This document shows positions 13,464 through 24,600 of a DNA stretch of 64,000 bases, piece by piece (position 1 is the first letter of the stretch; every line of letters starts with the position of its first letter). The position numbers and the translations under genes are program-made. Below the pieces are notes generated by a model. It did not search any database. It saw only the letters and a program-made list of their open reading frames with translations, and was not told the origin of the DNA. Source of the stretch: Neoechinorhynchus agilis (lineage: Eukaryota > Animalia > Acanthocephala); contig CM121341.1 of assembly GCA_051530055.1 (NCBI GenBank), forward strand, positions 11,386,784 through 11,450,783, in the 5' to 3' direction.

Positions 13464-13494
13464 GAATGTAAAACATTTGTGTCAATTTTTGAAG

Positions 13495-13905
13495 ACTGGC
13501 CAGCCAGTAACTTATTAAATATCAATGTGTGGCCTTTTATCATGGCTGATAATTTTTACGGTAACACAGCCCACCGATCAGGTTCAGGAAAGCGAATAAA
13601 ATCACACTTAATACACTGAATCATCCGGTATGAGTTTATAACCACACGCACACTTATAGCTTTCTCTCATACTAGAGAGGTCGCTTTGCCAGCTTGTCCT
13701 CAAAAATCAAACTTCATCCGATCGCCTTAGGTCCTCCGTCACACTATCCATCCATCTTTTTTTCGGTCTTGACGAAATACCGCTGAAGGGAACAAACTCA
13801 ATGATGAGTTCCGCCTCCTCCGAAGATATCGGAGAATCCGGAGGAATGAACGAAACTCATTACCGTATGCATCAGAGTTTAAGTGATTTTATTCGCATGC
13901 CCGAA
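13495..13905. mobile_element. MITE family D copy
   Basis: Internal inverted repeat gcgaataaaatcac / gtgattttattcgc; motif gaagggaacaaactca..gatgagt shared with 49710-50234. Confidence 0.65.
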
Positions 13906-14154
13906 AAACTATCAACCGTGATAATAGGCCAACTTAATTTGTTTCAATTACTTAAATAAGGACAACTGGAAGAATCATGTACGTTTTACGTCATTGTAAT
14001 CGTTACACTCCGTTTCAAATCGGCAGCCGTCGTGATCGGTGTGCACATGAAACTCACAATGTCGTTTGTATACGTGAAATCGACATTTGTTCGTTTGAAA
14101 CGGCTTCGTTTTTTTCCGTGTAGTGTTTAAGTTTATTAAAGTTCGTTTTAGAAA

Positions 14155-15063
14155 ATGGCTCCAAAGCGAGCTAAACGTGGCAGACCTCGGAAAACGCAAG
14201 TTAAAAGGACAAAAAATGAAGAGTTTGATGACTTTATCGCCTCTTCACCGAGTGATGAAAAGGACGGGTCAGAACCGGAACGAAGTGATCTCGTTGATGA
14301 ATGTGAAGAATTATTTAAAACTCGGAATCTTTATATTGTTCTGGGTCTTCCTTCAAAGGACGTTTCAATGGCTGAAATCCGGCGTGCTTACTATAAAAGC
14401 GCATTGGCCAATCATCCAGATAAAGTCGAGGAATCGAAGAAAAGCGAAGCAAATCAAAAGTTCATTCTGATCAATCGCGTTTACAATATTATTGGGAATG
14501 TATCGAAGCGGGCCGATTACGATAGAACTGGATGTATCAACGAAGATGTTTCGAATCTGAACTGTGATTATCGTTCCGTGTTTACTGCACGCGTTACAGT
14601 TGACGAGATTCGAGATTTTGAGAGGTTTTATCGATTTAGTCAAGAAGAGAAGAACGACGTTATCCGTCTCTACGAGCAACACAAAGGTGATTGGGATCGG
14701 ATAAGTGAATTTCTTCTTCTTTATCGAATCGAGGACGATGATCGATATAAAGAGATTGCAAAGGCCAATGTCGAAGCTTATAAAGAAGAACGACCGTCTA
14801 AATTGCAAGCTAGGCAAAAGAAGTATAAAAAAGAAGCAAAAGAAGCTGATAAACAGGATATGGATGGTCTTATTAAAAGGATACAGGGTCGAAAGCAAGG
14901 GTACGATGATATGATCGATCAACTCGAAGCGAAGTATGTTAAAAAAGGAGATAATCCAGAGGCCATTATGGATGCTCCGCCGCAAGAACGTATATTAAGG
15001 ATTAGGAGACCAAGAAAGTACATTCCTTTCATCAATGTACCTAAAAGGAGTAGAAGACGCTGA
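14155..15063 (+). CDS. DNAJC9: Intronless J-domain protein DNAJC9-like, 302 aa, with N-terminal AT-hook motif
   Basis: J domain with HPD (LANHPDKV...KRADYDRTG), then the DNAJC9-type VTVDEIRDFERFYRFSQEEKNDVIRLYEQHKGD and DDMIDQLEAKY segments. Confidence 0.9.
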   Translation: MAPKRAKRGRPRKTQVKRTKNEEFDDFIASSPSDEKDGSEPERSDLVDECEELFKTRNLYIVLGLPSKDVSMAEIRRAYYKSALANHPDKVEESKKSEANQKFILINRVYNIIGNVSKRADYDRTGCINEDVSNLNCDYRSVFTARVTVDEIRDFERFYRFSQEEKNDVIRLYEQHKGDWDRISEFLLLYRIEDDDRYKEIAKANVEAYKEERPSKLQARQKKYKKEAKEADKQDMDGLIKRIQGRKQGYDDMIDQLEAKYVKKGDNPEAIMDAPPQERILRIRRPRKYIPFINVPKRSRRR

Positions 15064-16508
15064 AATTTAGATTGTGGCCAGAAAAAATAAATGAATTTAC
15101 AATTAGACGGTAACTATGTAAAAAACGTATCTGGCCAATCTTTTGGAAAAAGAACGAACAACTGCTATAACTCAGTGAAATATTCAATTTGTGTAGTTCT
15201 TCGTTTTATTGCCCAAAAATTGTCTAAATCGAAGTTAAACCTTGCATCTTTTTGTTACTTAAAGTCAAAAAAATTTCCTTACATAATGAATGTCCAAATG
15301 AAATTTAATAATTTGTTCATAAAATACTATTGATGTTCATTTATTGTCTAAAGTGCAGCTATCAAAAAATCTGATTACTCTGGTAGACTAATGAGATTAT
15401 ATCCCTACGTTATTATGGATGAGTCCGAGATTGTCGACTGATTTCTCAATCGCCTGTTTTCTTTTCGATTGTTGTTATTTTATCACTTTACGCCAGTGAA
15501 ACGATTCAATCTCTTCTCCGTTGCTCTTAAGGCCCATGATTATCGAAGTTTGTGTACAAGGCGCCAGTACCGAAAAACCTTGATCGGTAATTATTTAGAT
15601 CCTCAAGGTGAGACTGATGGTCGTAAGGAGAGGACGGCCAAGACCCTGAAGTAGGACTAAAACTCCGAAATATTAGTTCTAAACATACATCTCGTTTCAA
15701 TTGGGTAAAGTGCTAAAATAACGACAATCTTAAATATCCCGGAAATAATGAATCTCACATCTTATTGTTCAAATGACATCAATAATCACGGGAGTTTCCG
15801 CGTCGTTCTCAATAGCCATTTATTGTCGTGAACTTTCCAATGTTACAAGTTCCACGATTAAGAGAGTCAAAATGGGAATGAAGCTCTGAAATTGCAGCAA
15901 GGACCGGTACACTTCAGATGGCCGGACTATCTACGGGACAAAACATCGGCGCAACCGGAGAGATAGAAATTTGAGTAAACTGAGAAACCTACTTAGAATG
16001 CTCATGAGTAGATTTCCACTCAGTTTTTGAGACACGCTGATGGTGAGCAAAATGAAGTTCACAATGTAATCTACATGCTTTTTAACACTTGCATAAATGC
16101 ATCTCACTCTTGGATGTTTAAAACTGAACTAGTCGGGTTTCTTATTAAAAATCATTTTAAACGTTCAGTTATAGAAGTTTTCGAATGCAATTCAATTTTA
16201 ACCGAGATTCTCGAATTCGTTAGCAAATAATTAGCGATGTAATTGTGCAGTATAAAGCTCCGTTCAAAACAATACTTTGCAATATTCTTAATTCTCAAGA
16301 GTTTATTGCGTAGCTTTCGTAGGGCACAAATTGTAAGGTTTTTAATTACTGGTACGAAGTCTGTAAATGCTATATTTTCGTGTCATACCTTCGGCGTTGT
16401 TTAGCAAACAAAACTAGTGTTGACAAAACCTTCAGGTTGCTTCAACTTCTTCTAAAGTTGATATGTGCGATCAAGAACGTTCTAGAAATCAGAGTCATTA
16501 ACGATATA

Positions 16509-17219
16509 ATGGATTTTCTGAAGCTACTTATTTTGATATCGCTGATATACTTTCAAGTATCATATTGTGATTTGATTGAAGAAGTTATCAATCGGCAGTC
16601 TCCTGCAAGAATTTTACGTGAATATATCTCGAAAAAAATCGATCGTATGTGTCCTCGACCGATCATTATGATAAAATCGTATGTGGTTGAAAAAATCTAT
16701 AACTTTATACGAAATTTGAGCATCCATAAGGCAGAACTATACTCGTTGTCAACTCAGAGTTCTATTGAACTACAATCGAGTTCTGATCCGAACGATGTGA
16801 ATGAAACGGTTTTTTTACAAAAAGCGAATTCGTGTAAACCTTCCACGGAGGGAACCACTCCATTGCATTATGAGACGGGATACCGGCAAGAGAACTTGTG
16901 GGTTCAAGCAGCAGCCAAAGCTCAGCTAAACGAATCACTTCTTGAGGAATATGAACCAACAGAGGATGATATGGAATTAATGTTTCGCAGACTGTTTGAG
17001 GATCTTAGATGTTTCGGCTACATCTTTGGAGCGAGTAACGATAGTCGTATCAAGAATATGGTTGCTGAAATGGAAGAGAAATTAATCGAAAACCGCAAGA
17101 AGAATGGAGATTTTAAGTTGTCGCTTCGTAAAGACGAGATAGAATGCATCGGAAATCAATTAAGGCCGTTTTTCGAATCAATGGAGCTTTTGAACTTACC
17201 GGATCTTCTTTGGGAATAG
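16509..17219 (+). CDS. Intronless orphan secreted protein, 236 aa
   Basis: Long ORF. MDFLKLLILISLIYFQVSYC looks like a signal peptide. No domain recognised. Confidence 0.6.
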   Translation: MDFLKLLILISLIYFQVSYCDLIEEVINRQSPARILREYISKKIDRMCPRPIIMIKSYVVEKIYNFIRNLSIHKAELYSLSTQSSIELQSSSDPNDVNETVFLQKANSCKPSTEGTTPLHYETGYRQENLWVQAAAKAQLNESLLEEYEPTEDDMELMFRRLFEDLRCFGYIFGASNDSRIKNMVAEMEEKLIENRKKNGDFKLSLRKDEIECIGNQLRPFFESMELLNLPDLLWE

Positions 17220-17374
17220 ATGTTTTTCTATACATTAGAACTAGTTTATTCACAATAGATAACTATATTCTGGCTTTGTATTGTGAGATGATCTCAGGCG
17301 TAATTTAAACACTTTCAATCAATTTTATGTTGTAAGCTTCAAAGTGTTTTTGATCAACCTAGGTGTCCGAAACT

Positions 17375-18390
17375 TTTCCTATATGCCTTCCACCTCTCCC
17401 TCTCGTTAACTTCAAAAGTTTCTGCACCAATCACAAACTCCACCTGAATTTCTCGAAATGCTTCGAGTTGATCCTTTCAATCTCCCGCATCCCCATATCC
17501 TACCCAATTTTTTTAAATGACATCCTATGAGTCACCTCCCTCCGAATTCTCAGTCTCCAATTTCAATCAAAACCGAAATGAGACTCGCACATTACACTTT
17601 CCCTCAAATGCCTCCGTCATTTGGGATCCCGTATTTTGCAACCTGTCCAAATCACAAACCCGTCGCCTTGAAGCGTTTCATAGAAGGCATCTAAAGTTTG
17701 CACAGTGAATTTTCCCTCACTCACCGAGTGTCTTTACAGGATTTTCATCAAAAAATAAAACCCCTATCAACCCTACCACCACAATTTCTTCCACATATCT
17801 CTCCCTTTTCATACGAGCACAACACTCTTAATCCTAATTCGTTTCATCCTCCTTCGACATCGCACCTCCATCCACCTCCGCTCCTTTTTCCGTACTGCCA
17901 GATCTTCTCGGATATCATAACCTGAAATGAACCTGAGGAAAGAACCAAATAAGCAAACTCCCCTGACAAAGCTTTCTTGTATTTTTCTCCCAAAACAACC
18001 TCAAGTAGTCCGACGAAACGGACGAAATATTGAGATCAATAAAACAGCCTTTATTTTTATAATCACCAAGGAACACATAAATAGATCATATCGAGAAAAT
18101 TCACCGGGATGGTTAATTTTGACTCGTTGTGACGATAATCCCGGTTAAAAATCATTTTATTGTAGAAGTGACAAACTTGCGAAACAATGATTGAGAAGGC
18201 GAGGTCTCCTCTTTAGAAATATTTCAGTACAATAAAATTATTTTTAACCGGGATTATCTTCATCACAAGTCAAAACATAAATAAATGAACCCCACTCGAC
18301 TGGATATTCCAACCCAACCGAACCCGTAATCTACTCCAAAATCAACTACCGCATTCATTGAATAAATCAGAACTCGAGGCCCTATCCTTT
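17375..18390 (+). mobile_element. Non-LTR retrotransposon 3' fragment, copy 2, interrupted by a palindromic insertion at ~17975-18280
   Basis: Colinear with 35165-35880. Homology stops near 17970 and resumes near 18300 (cccaaccgaacccgtaatc). Confidence 0.75.
18117..18275. mobile_element. Palindromic MITE family I; related copies at ~18515-18705 and ~24415-24485
   Basis: Arms gataatcccggttaaaaatcattttattgta / tacaataaaattatttttaaccgggattatc. Core aggcgagg..aaatatttc is shared with the 18515 copy. Both later copies are followed by ccgaaggattttctatcgatg. Confidence 0.6.
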
Positions 18391-19315
18391 TTGATTAAGA
18401 AATAAACTTGTTATTATTAATTCGTTAAGATTTTAAATAAGTTATTAGTGTATGCTTAACTTTGAAATGTCCGCTTCTTTTTGTTTACCGCACTGAGAAA
18501 CATTTCGTTTATGTATACTTTTGGTGAAAATAGTACCGGTCATAACATATTTGATTAATTTTTTTATCGCGCGCATTCGAGCAATATAATCTTAATTTGT
18601 AAAACCCTTTTAGATAACTGACGAGGCGAGGTTACCACGCAAAATATTTCCAATAAATCAAATATGTTATGACCGGGATTATTTTCCCCCAAAGTATACT
18701 TTGATTATTCCGAAGGATTTTCTATCGATGATTTCATTTATGGTGACCAGCAAAAGATCACTAATCAAATGTGATGATAGCGAGGCTTTAATTTGTTTTG
18801 GTTTGATCACTTTATTGATTTGAATCGAAGAAGTCATAAATACGTCTAATATTTGCCTTTGAAATTGTGAAATATTATAAAGGTCTTTATTATCTTATCA
18901 ATGAAAGGAAGTATAAGTTTTTATAAAACAGAATTCGCGTAAAGTTTTAATGCTGACCACCACTTTGAAGATCACACTTTGACAGGTCAGCGACTCGCCG
19001 TCGTCGCGAATTTGACCAGTGACCGTAGCAGCAGCGAAGTACCCACAAGTGTGAAAATCGCAAACAATTTGAGAGACCGTTGGGCAATGTTAGTTTTTCG
19101 GGTACTTAGGTATTATATCAACACAGCTATTTTTTTATAAATTACACGCTCCATCACAATATTAGGAGTTCCATTAGTTGATGACAATATTTATATTGAG
19201 GCGGCATCCAAGGAATTCTGGGAAGTAAAAATGACGAGCTTTATTTATTCCACTACACAATCATTGAGACTCAATGTCTTATCTCAGTTCGTGCCCTGTT
19301 TTTGTGTAGCAACAA

Positions 19316-20110
19316 TGAAAATGATTTCGGAACCTCAGATGAAGATTTGGGATTTGCCAAAGACACAGGAAGTGCCCGGAACAAAGCATTGCGCCAATGG
19401 ACACACTATGACTTTGTACTATTTATACGAACATCCATTCTGGAAGTGTACAACAAAGCCATGCTTACAGAAAGTCAGTTTGCGTGTCGATATCTGGGGA
19501 TTTCACACAATAAAATATCATTTATCACAGCAGTTCGTTACATTTATTGCTTGTGGCTTGGTGTGAACGGGAGCTGGGAATTTCTAACAAAACAGTCGCG
19601 AAATCGAATAAGTACCTGCGTGAAGTGTGCGTATTTTCTGTAAAACAACAAAAACTGTGGAAAAATTGGAAGAAGTCGGCAAAGTAGTTGAAGTAGACGA
19701 GACCTTCTCCAAAAGGAAGAATAACTCAAGAAGGATGTTGCCTCAACAGTGGGTGTTTGGAGGGTTATGTAGGGATACCGGTTCAAGATTTTTAGTGGAA
19801 GTCCCCAAACGAACTGCAGAAACCCTAATCCAACAAATGCGGCTTAACGTTGAACCAGAGTCAACAATTATTTCCGATTGTTGAAGGGCTACAGCACAGC
19901 TGAGCTGCAGAAAGCTCGCTTCATTTACATGATTGTCAATCACAGTTATAATTTTGTGGACCAACAAACCGGAGATTGCAGCCAACAAGTCGAAAGGATG
20001 TGGGTACCACAAAATGGAGGAACCTCCCGTCATCATTTAAAATCGTATTCGGCAGTGCTGGCGGAGGGCCGAGCTCCCTGCGACATGATTCTTCAAGACA
20101 TCTGTGCTGG
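19316..20110 (+). pseudogene. Merlin (IS1595/ISXO2-like) DDE transposase pseudogene with frameshifts and stops
   Basis: N-terminal C..GH.M.L...W.C....C zinc ribbon, VEVDET, WVFGG, TIISDC*KGY, VNHSYNFVD, QQVERMW spread over several frames. TIRs not identified. Confidence 0.85.
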
Positions 20111-21606
20111 ACTGTTGCTTCGCACGATTAGCTTATGCTCTTATTATAATTTTGCTGCTAAACGATAATATTTTCACTATATTCTGGTATATATTTATTA
20201 TGAACTTAACGTCACGTTTTAAGTGTGGTCGATATAGTACATAAGTACCGCTTTTCGTATTAGTCAATTCACAATCAAGTTCTGAATTAACTTTAAATTC
20301 AAACTTTTCTATTCAAACAATCCTAACTATAAACAGACTTAGGAAGAGTGAATTCGATTGCTCGTTAGCCGCAATGAGAAGAGTTTAGTTTCATAGGCCT
20401 TCTCGGTGGCATCCAGGGATAGTAATTGATAACATAGCTAAAAATTCACTTGAGAAAAATTTCGAGGTTTCCCAAGCTTACCGTAGTTCCTTTGGAATTT
20501 CTTCGATTCGAGGTTTGTTTTCCATTAATCTTCAGCGAGCGACTGACTCACAATTCGGTTATATCATTCTCTATGAATGTTATCTTTCAAAATTAATGGA
20601 TCGTCTTATGGTCTAATCTCTTCGTGTCTACACGTTCTCCTAAATTGATGACTGAATCTCATGGCATTTAATAGTGTAAAATCTTATCACTGGCAACCGT
20701 AAATTGATATCCTCTAAATTCAATCCCTACGAATACCTCTGTGTCAGCCAATTCTAGCACCAGGAAATGGGCAACTTGTATTGCAAAAGGAAATCGGGAG
20801 AGGATGTTGAATGTGAGTGGATCCACCTTTCTGATCCGAGATCGGCTTTAACGGAACAGCTTGGATCGAAACGCAGCCCAATAATGCTCCGACGATTGTT
20901 TGAAAATTTATGCGATTGCGTCCGCTCGAATGGAAAGAGCAGAAAAGAGTCAAACAGGCAATTTATCCATCTTCAAAAGGACCAATAACGCTCTTTTTAG
21001 AAGAAGTAGCTTCGATTTTCTTCTATTTATAACAATTCATTCGAGTTAGACGTCTTAAGCGTGAGGCTAAAAGCACATTCAATGTTGGTGTGAGTCTTAT
21101 TACAATGATAAGCACTTCTATTTCATAATTTTAAAGATGCGACAGGCACTCTGGGCTTAACTTAGGAAATAGAAGATGAAACACATCAAAATTGTGCAAA
21201 TTTGGATCTTTCTTAGGTTAATGTTGCACCTTAAAGAACCTAAAAATGACATCAATTAAAGAGGTGATTTTTCCTCTTTTTTTCACTTTAGCGCTTTATT
21301 GAGATTTCTATATAAGAACTCAGATAAAAAACAATATTCAAGAGTCTTTTACGATTCCGAGAACACTAAATTCATTCCGGATTTTACAATGTTGAGAAGC
21401 CATAAAAAGCTTACCGTCTTCTTCTACTTTATTTAAAACAGAATTTATCTCTAATCCAATAAGAAACGCTAAAGAACTTGCAAATCTTCCACTTAAGATT
21501 TCACGTTTTAATAGATACAAAATATATATGTCATTGATTGAACGTTTTTCAATCTTAATTTGGTCCCACTGAAATTCTGGCTTGCATTAGTCGATAACGA
21601 TATCCG

Positions 21607-24600
21607 TCATGCAAAGATTGAGCAATCTGTTGATCGGCACAATGGATTCCCGTGTACTTTTCTGGACTCCGAGTATGCACAGCAGTCCATTCGATTGATA
21701 ATAATACACAACAAAAAGGACAATAGGAAAAGAGTAAGAACCGTGGGTAGAATCCAACAACGCCAATTAAATTCCAGTCCAATTACATCAGCAGCGTTCT
21801 TTTCATTTGGAATATAACACTTGCTCTCTGGATCGCAATCCTCATTTATTGGTGGGCGTATCAGCAAGATATCTTCGCCTTCTTTAAGCAATCGTTGTCC
21901 AAATTCATTTGTCGCTGCATCGACTAACGTGAATGCTGAATTTTCGTCTTCGTGATAGCCACTATCCACCGTAAAATTAAATGATTTTTCCATACCCAAG
22001 CTTTCGTACTCTAACGATGGTGAATCTGTGGCGTCTGCATCCGATAACCTATATCAACTGATCCTTGGTTAATGTCGACCAGGTTAACTCAAATAGAAAA
22101 ATTAAATGTACTTAAAACGTGAGCAATCAAAATATCCAACAATAACCGACGTTATATTGAACACACTAAGAAAATGAACTGTGACCAAATTTTGAAAAGG
22201 TTTGTCTTTAAAAAAGAATAATATCGATTAAAATCAATACCATGTTCGTAAATCGGTCGGCTCAATCGAGTATTAGATTTCGCAGGAACGTATTATGTTT
22301 TAGAATAAAAATATGGCTGAATTAACTTAATTTCTTTGATGTCTAGGCCACCATGGATCAGTTGATCTACGTGAGCACTCTTGGGAGTCCGGATTATCGT
22401 CCATAAGTGCCTCATGTGAAGACGAATCGCTATAATGTGCATTTCCACAAATGTCATCACACCAGCTAAGCAGTGTCTTGTAACTTTCACTCAGTCCTCG
22501 AATCCGTCTTTGTAGAATGCAGTACCGGCTCTTTTTACATTTTGGTGAGATTTCGTTTAGGATAGAGTTCAAGAACGCGATTTTGCTGTTCGTATAGGAC
22601 AAATCGTTGTATTTTCTCTGAAAATAAACCCAAAAGTGCTGTATTTCTCTCCAAGTATACTAACTTGAATAATTTCGTCGAACGTCGATTGATTTCCACA
22701 CGAATTTAATTCAGTGTGCATGTCCAGAGCACATAAATCGGCTTCACATTGAACCAGTGTCTTCTTCACAGAAATAAATGCTTGCTCAAATGTCTCCCAG
22801 TACCAAAGAACAACCGTCAGCTCCGAATGCGTTTCTCGTATTCTAAAGTGATTTTGAAAAAACATCAACTTCGGAGATATAAGAGGAAAGTGAGATGGTA
22901 TAATTGCGGATATATCGAAGATTTAAATTTCAGTGTGACCTAAGGATTTTTCACTTAAATGCTTCCCAAGGCAAGTCAGGCGTTTCGAACATAAGCGCAA
23001 TTCTTAAAGGAGGACGAAGGACAAGTGAGGACGATTTAGAGTTGTGCTCAATAACTCTTCTGTCTGTTTAAACGCGAGCTTCTCAATAGAACTCCGACAT
23101 TACTTGTAAAAACACAGGCTCAAAAGCAAGGAAAATTTTCATAATAAGATTAGATTTAAGTGAGGACGATTTAGAGTTGTGCTCAATAACTCTTCTGTCT
23201 GTTTAAACGCGAGCTTATTTCAAAAGGTTTCCTTAATACCTTTGTGTTTCAAATTGGATAGATTCCAGCATTGCTTTTACAATACTGTCAATAATGGACA
23301 TTTCATTTTCAGACCATTGATTTCGCTCAATCTTGATAACATATTCCACTCGAGATAATGCTTTCTCGCAATCGCCCAAGTCGATTTCAATCTCTTTAAG
23401 TTTCTTTATATGAGCTTCAAGTTGCACCCATTTCGAAAACTCGGGGAATTCAATAGCTGCATTCAAGCGATCCAACCGGCAAGCTAAGTCGCCTAGCCTT
23501 CTATAGACGATTTGACACGAAGGTGTTCTCATATGCCCATCGGCAATCATCGATTCTATTGTTCTCCAATCCGCAATAAGCTCTAGAATACCATGATAAG
23601 TTAAAGGAAATATATTGATGGCTTCAAGAACCTGTAAGAATACATCCATATTTATCTTGTTCAACTAGGTTCATCCCTTCCATTTTTTGTTTGTTAGATT
23701 TTAAGCACTCAATGTTTGAAAAGCACTTAGTGAGTAGATCAATCTGAGCGCGAGTGCAAGAAACCGCGCGAGTAGTGAAGAACGTCTGACGGGAAACTTA
23801 CGGATAATATATCGTCTTTGACGTTCCGTTCCTCATTATGCAAATATTTCGATATTATTCTCTGCTGACGATCTACTTCTTGCACAAATGACTCACGTTG
23901 ATTGCTTCCAATGTCGAGTTGAAGGGAAATACTGGTTGAAGTTCTCGTATCCTCTGGTTCCTGAATAAAGGCACTCGTCAACTAAGCTCTCCGGGAAAAC
24001 AGTCTTAAAATCATCACAGGCAGTACTGATGATGTATTAAACTACAAACCAACGAGATGGTTTTCTCAAGGAAAAGTCCACTTTTTATGTTTCTTTTGAA
24101 AACTCTCAATTCTCTGAATTAAAAGTGCTAAATAATCAGCTTCAATAAAATGCTTTTTTACCTACAAGAAAAAATTACTCCATTTACTGCCTTTAAGGGG
24201 CACAAGTCTACCAGACATTTTATAGAACATAAATTGATAAGGTTGATTTGTCTAGATTCCGACAAGAATTTCTAGATGACGGCATAGATTACCATAGAGG
24301 CTCCCCCTAGGTTCCCTTGGGGCAAATTCTCACAGTTATATCCATCAGTGCGTTCATTCTTAGGAGTTTTTAAAAACGTTGGGCAATATAAAACAAAAAA
24401 CACAATTATAATTTTGGTTAAAATACTCCCGGTAATAGTATATTTTCAATAAATCAAATATACTATTACCGGGAGTATTTTCACAAAAATTGTACTTTGA
24501 TTAACCCGAAGGATTTTCTATCGATGAAAAACACAACTGTACTTCTTTTTTAACATCCGAAATCATTTTTCAAAGGTGCCAGAACATTGTTGTAGTCGAG

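Noticed and set aside
13790-13880. TGATGAG...GAAAC hammerhead-like motif in MITE family D (also near 49846, 50110, 52320)
   Set aside because: Stem I cannot form; the apparent pairing is explained by the MITE's own inverted arms.
14365-14985. 206-aa minus-strand ORF
   Set aside because: Antisense shadow of the DNAJC9 coding sequence.
20767-20988. 73-aa ORF with MLRRLFENL resembling MFRRLFEDL of the 16509 orphan
   Set aside because: The match is too short to support paralogy.
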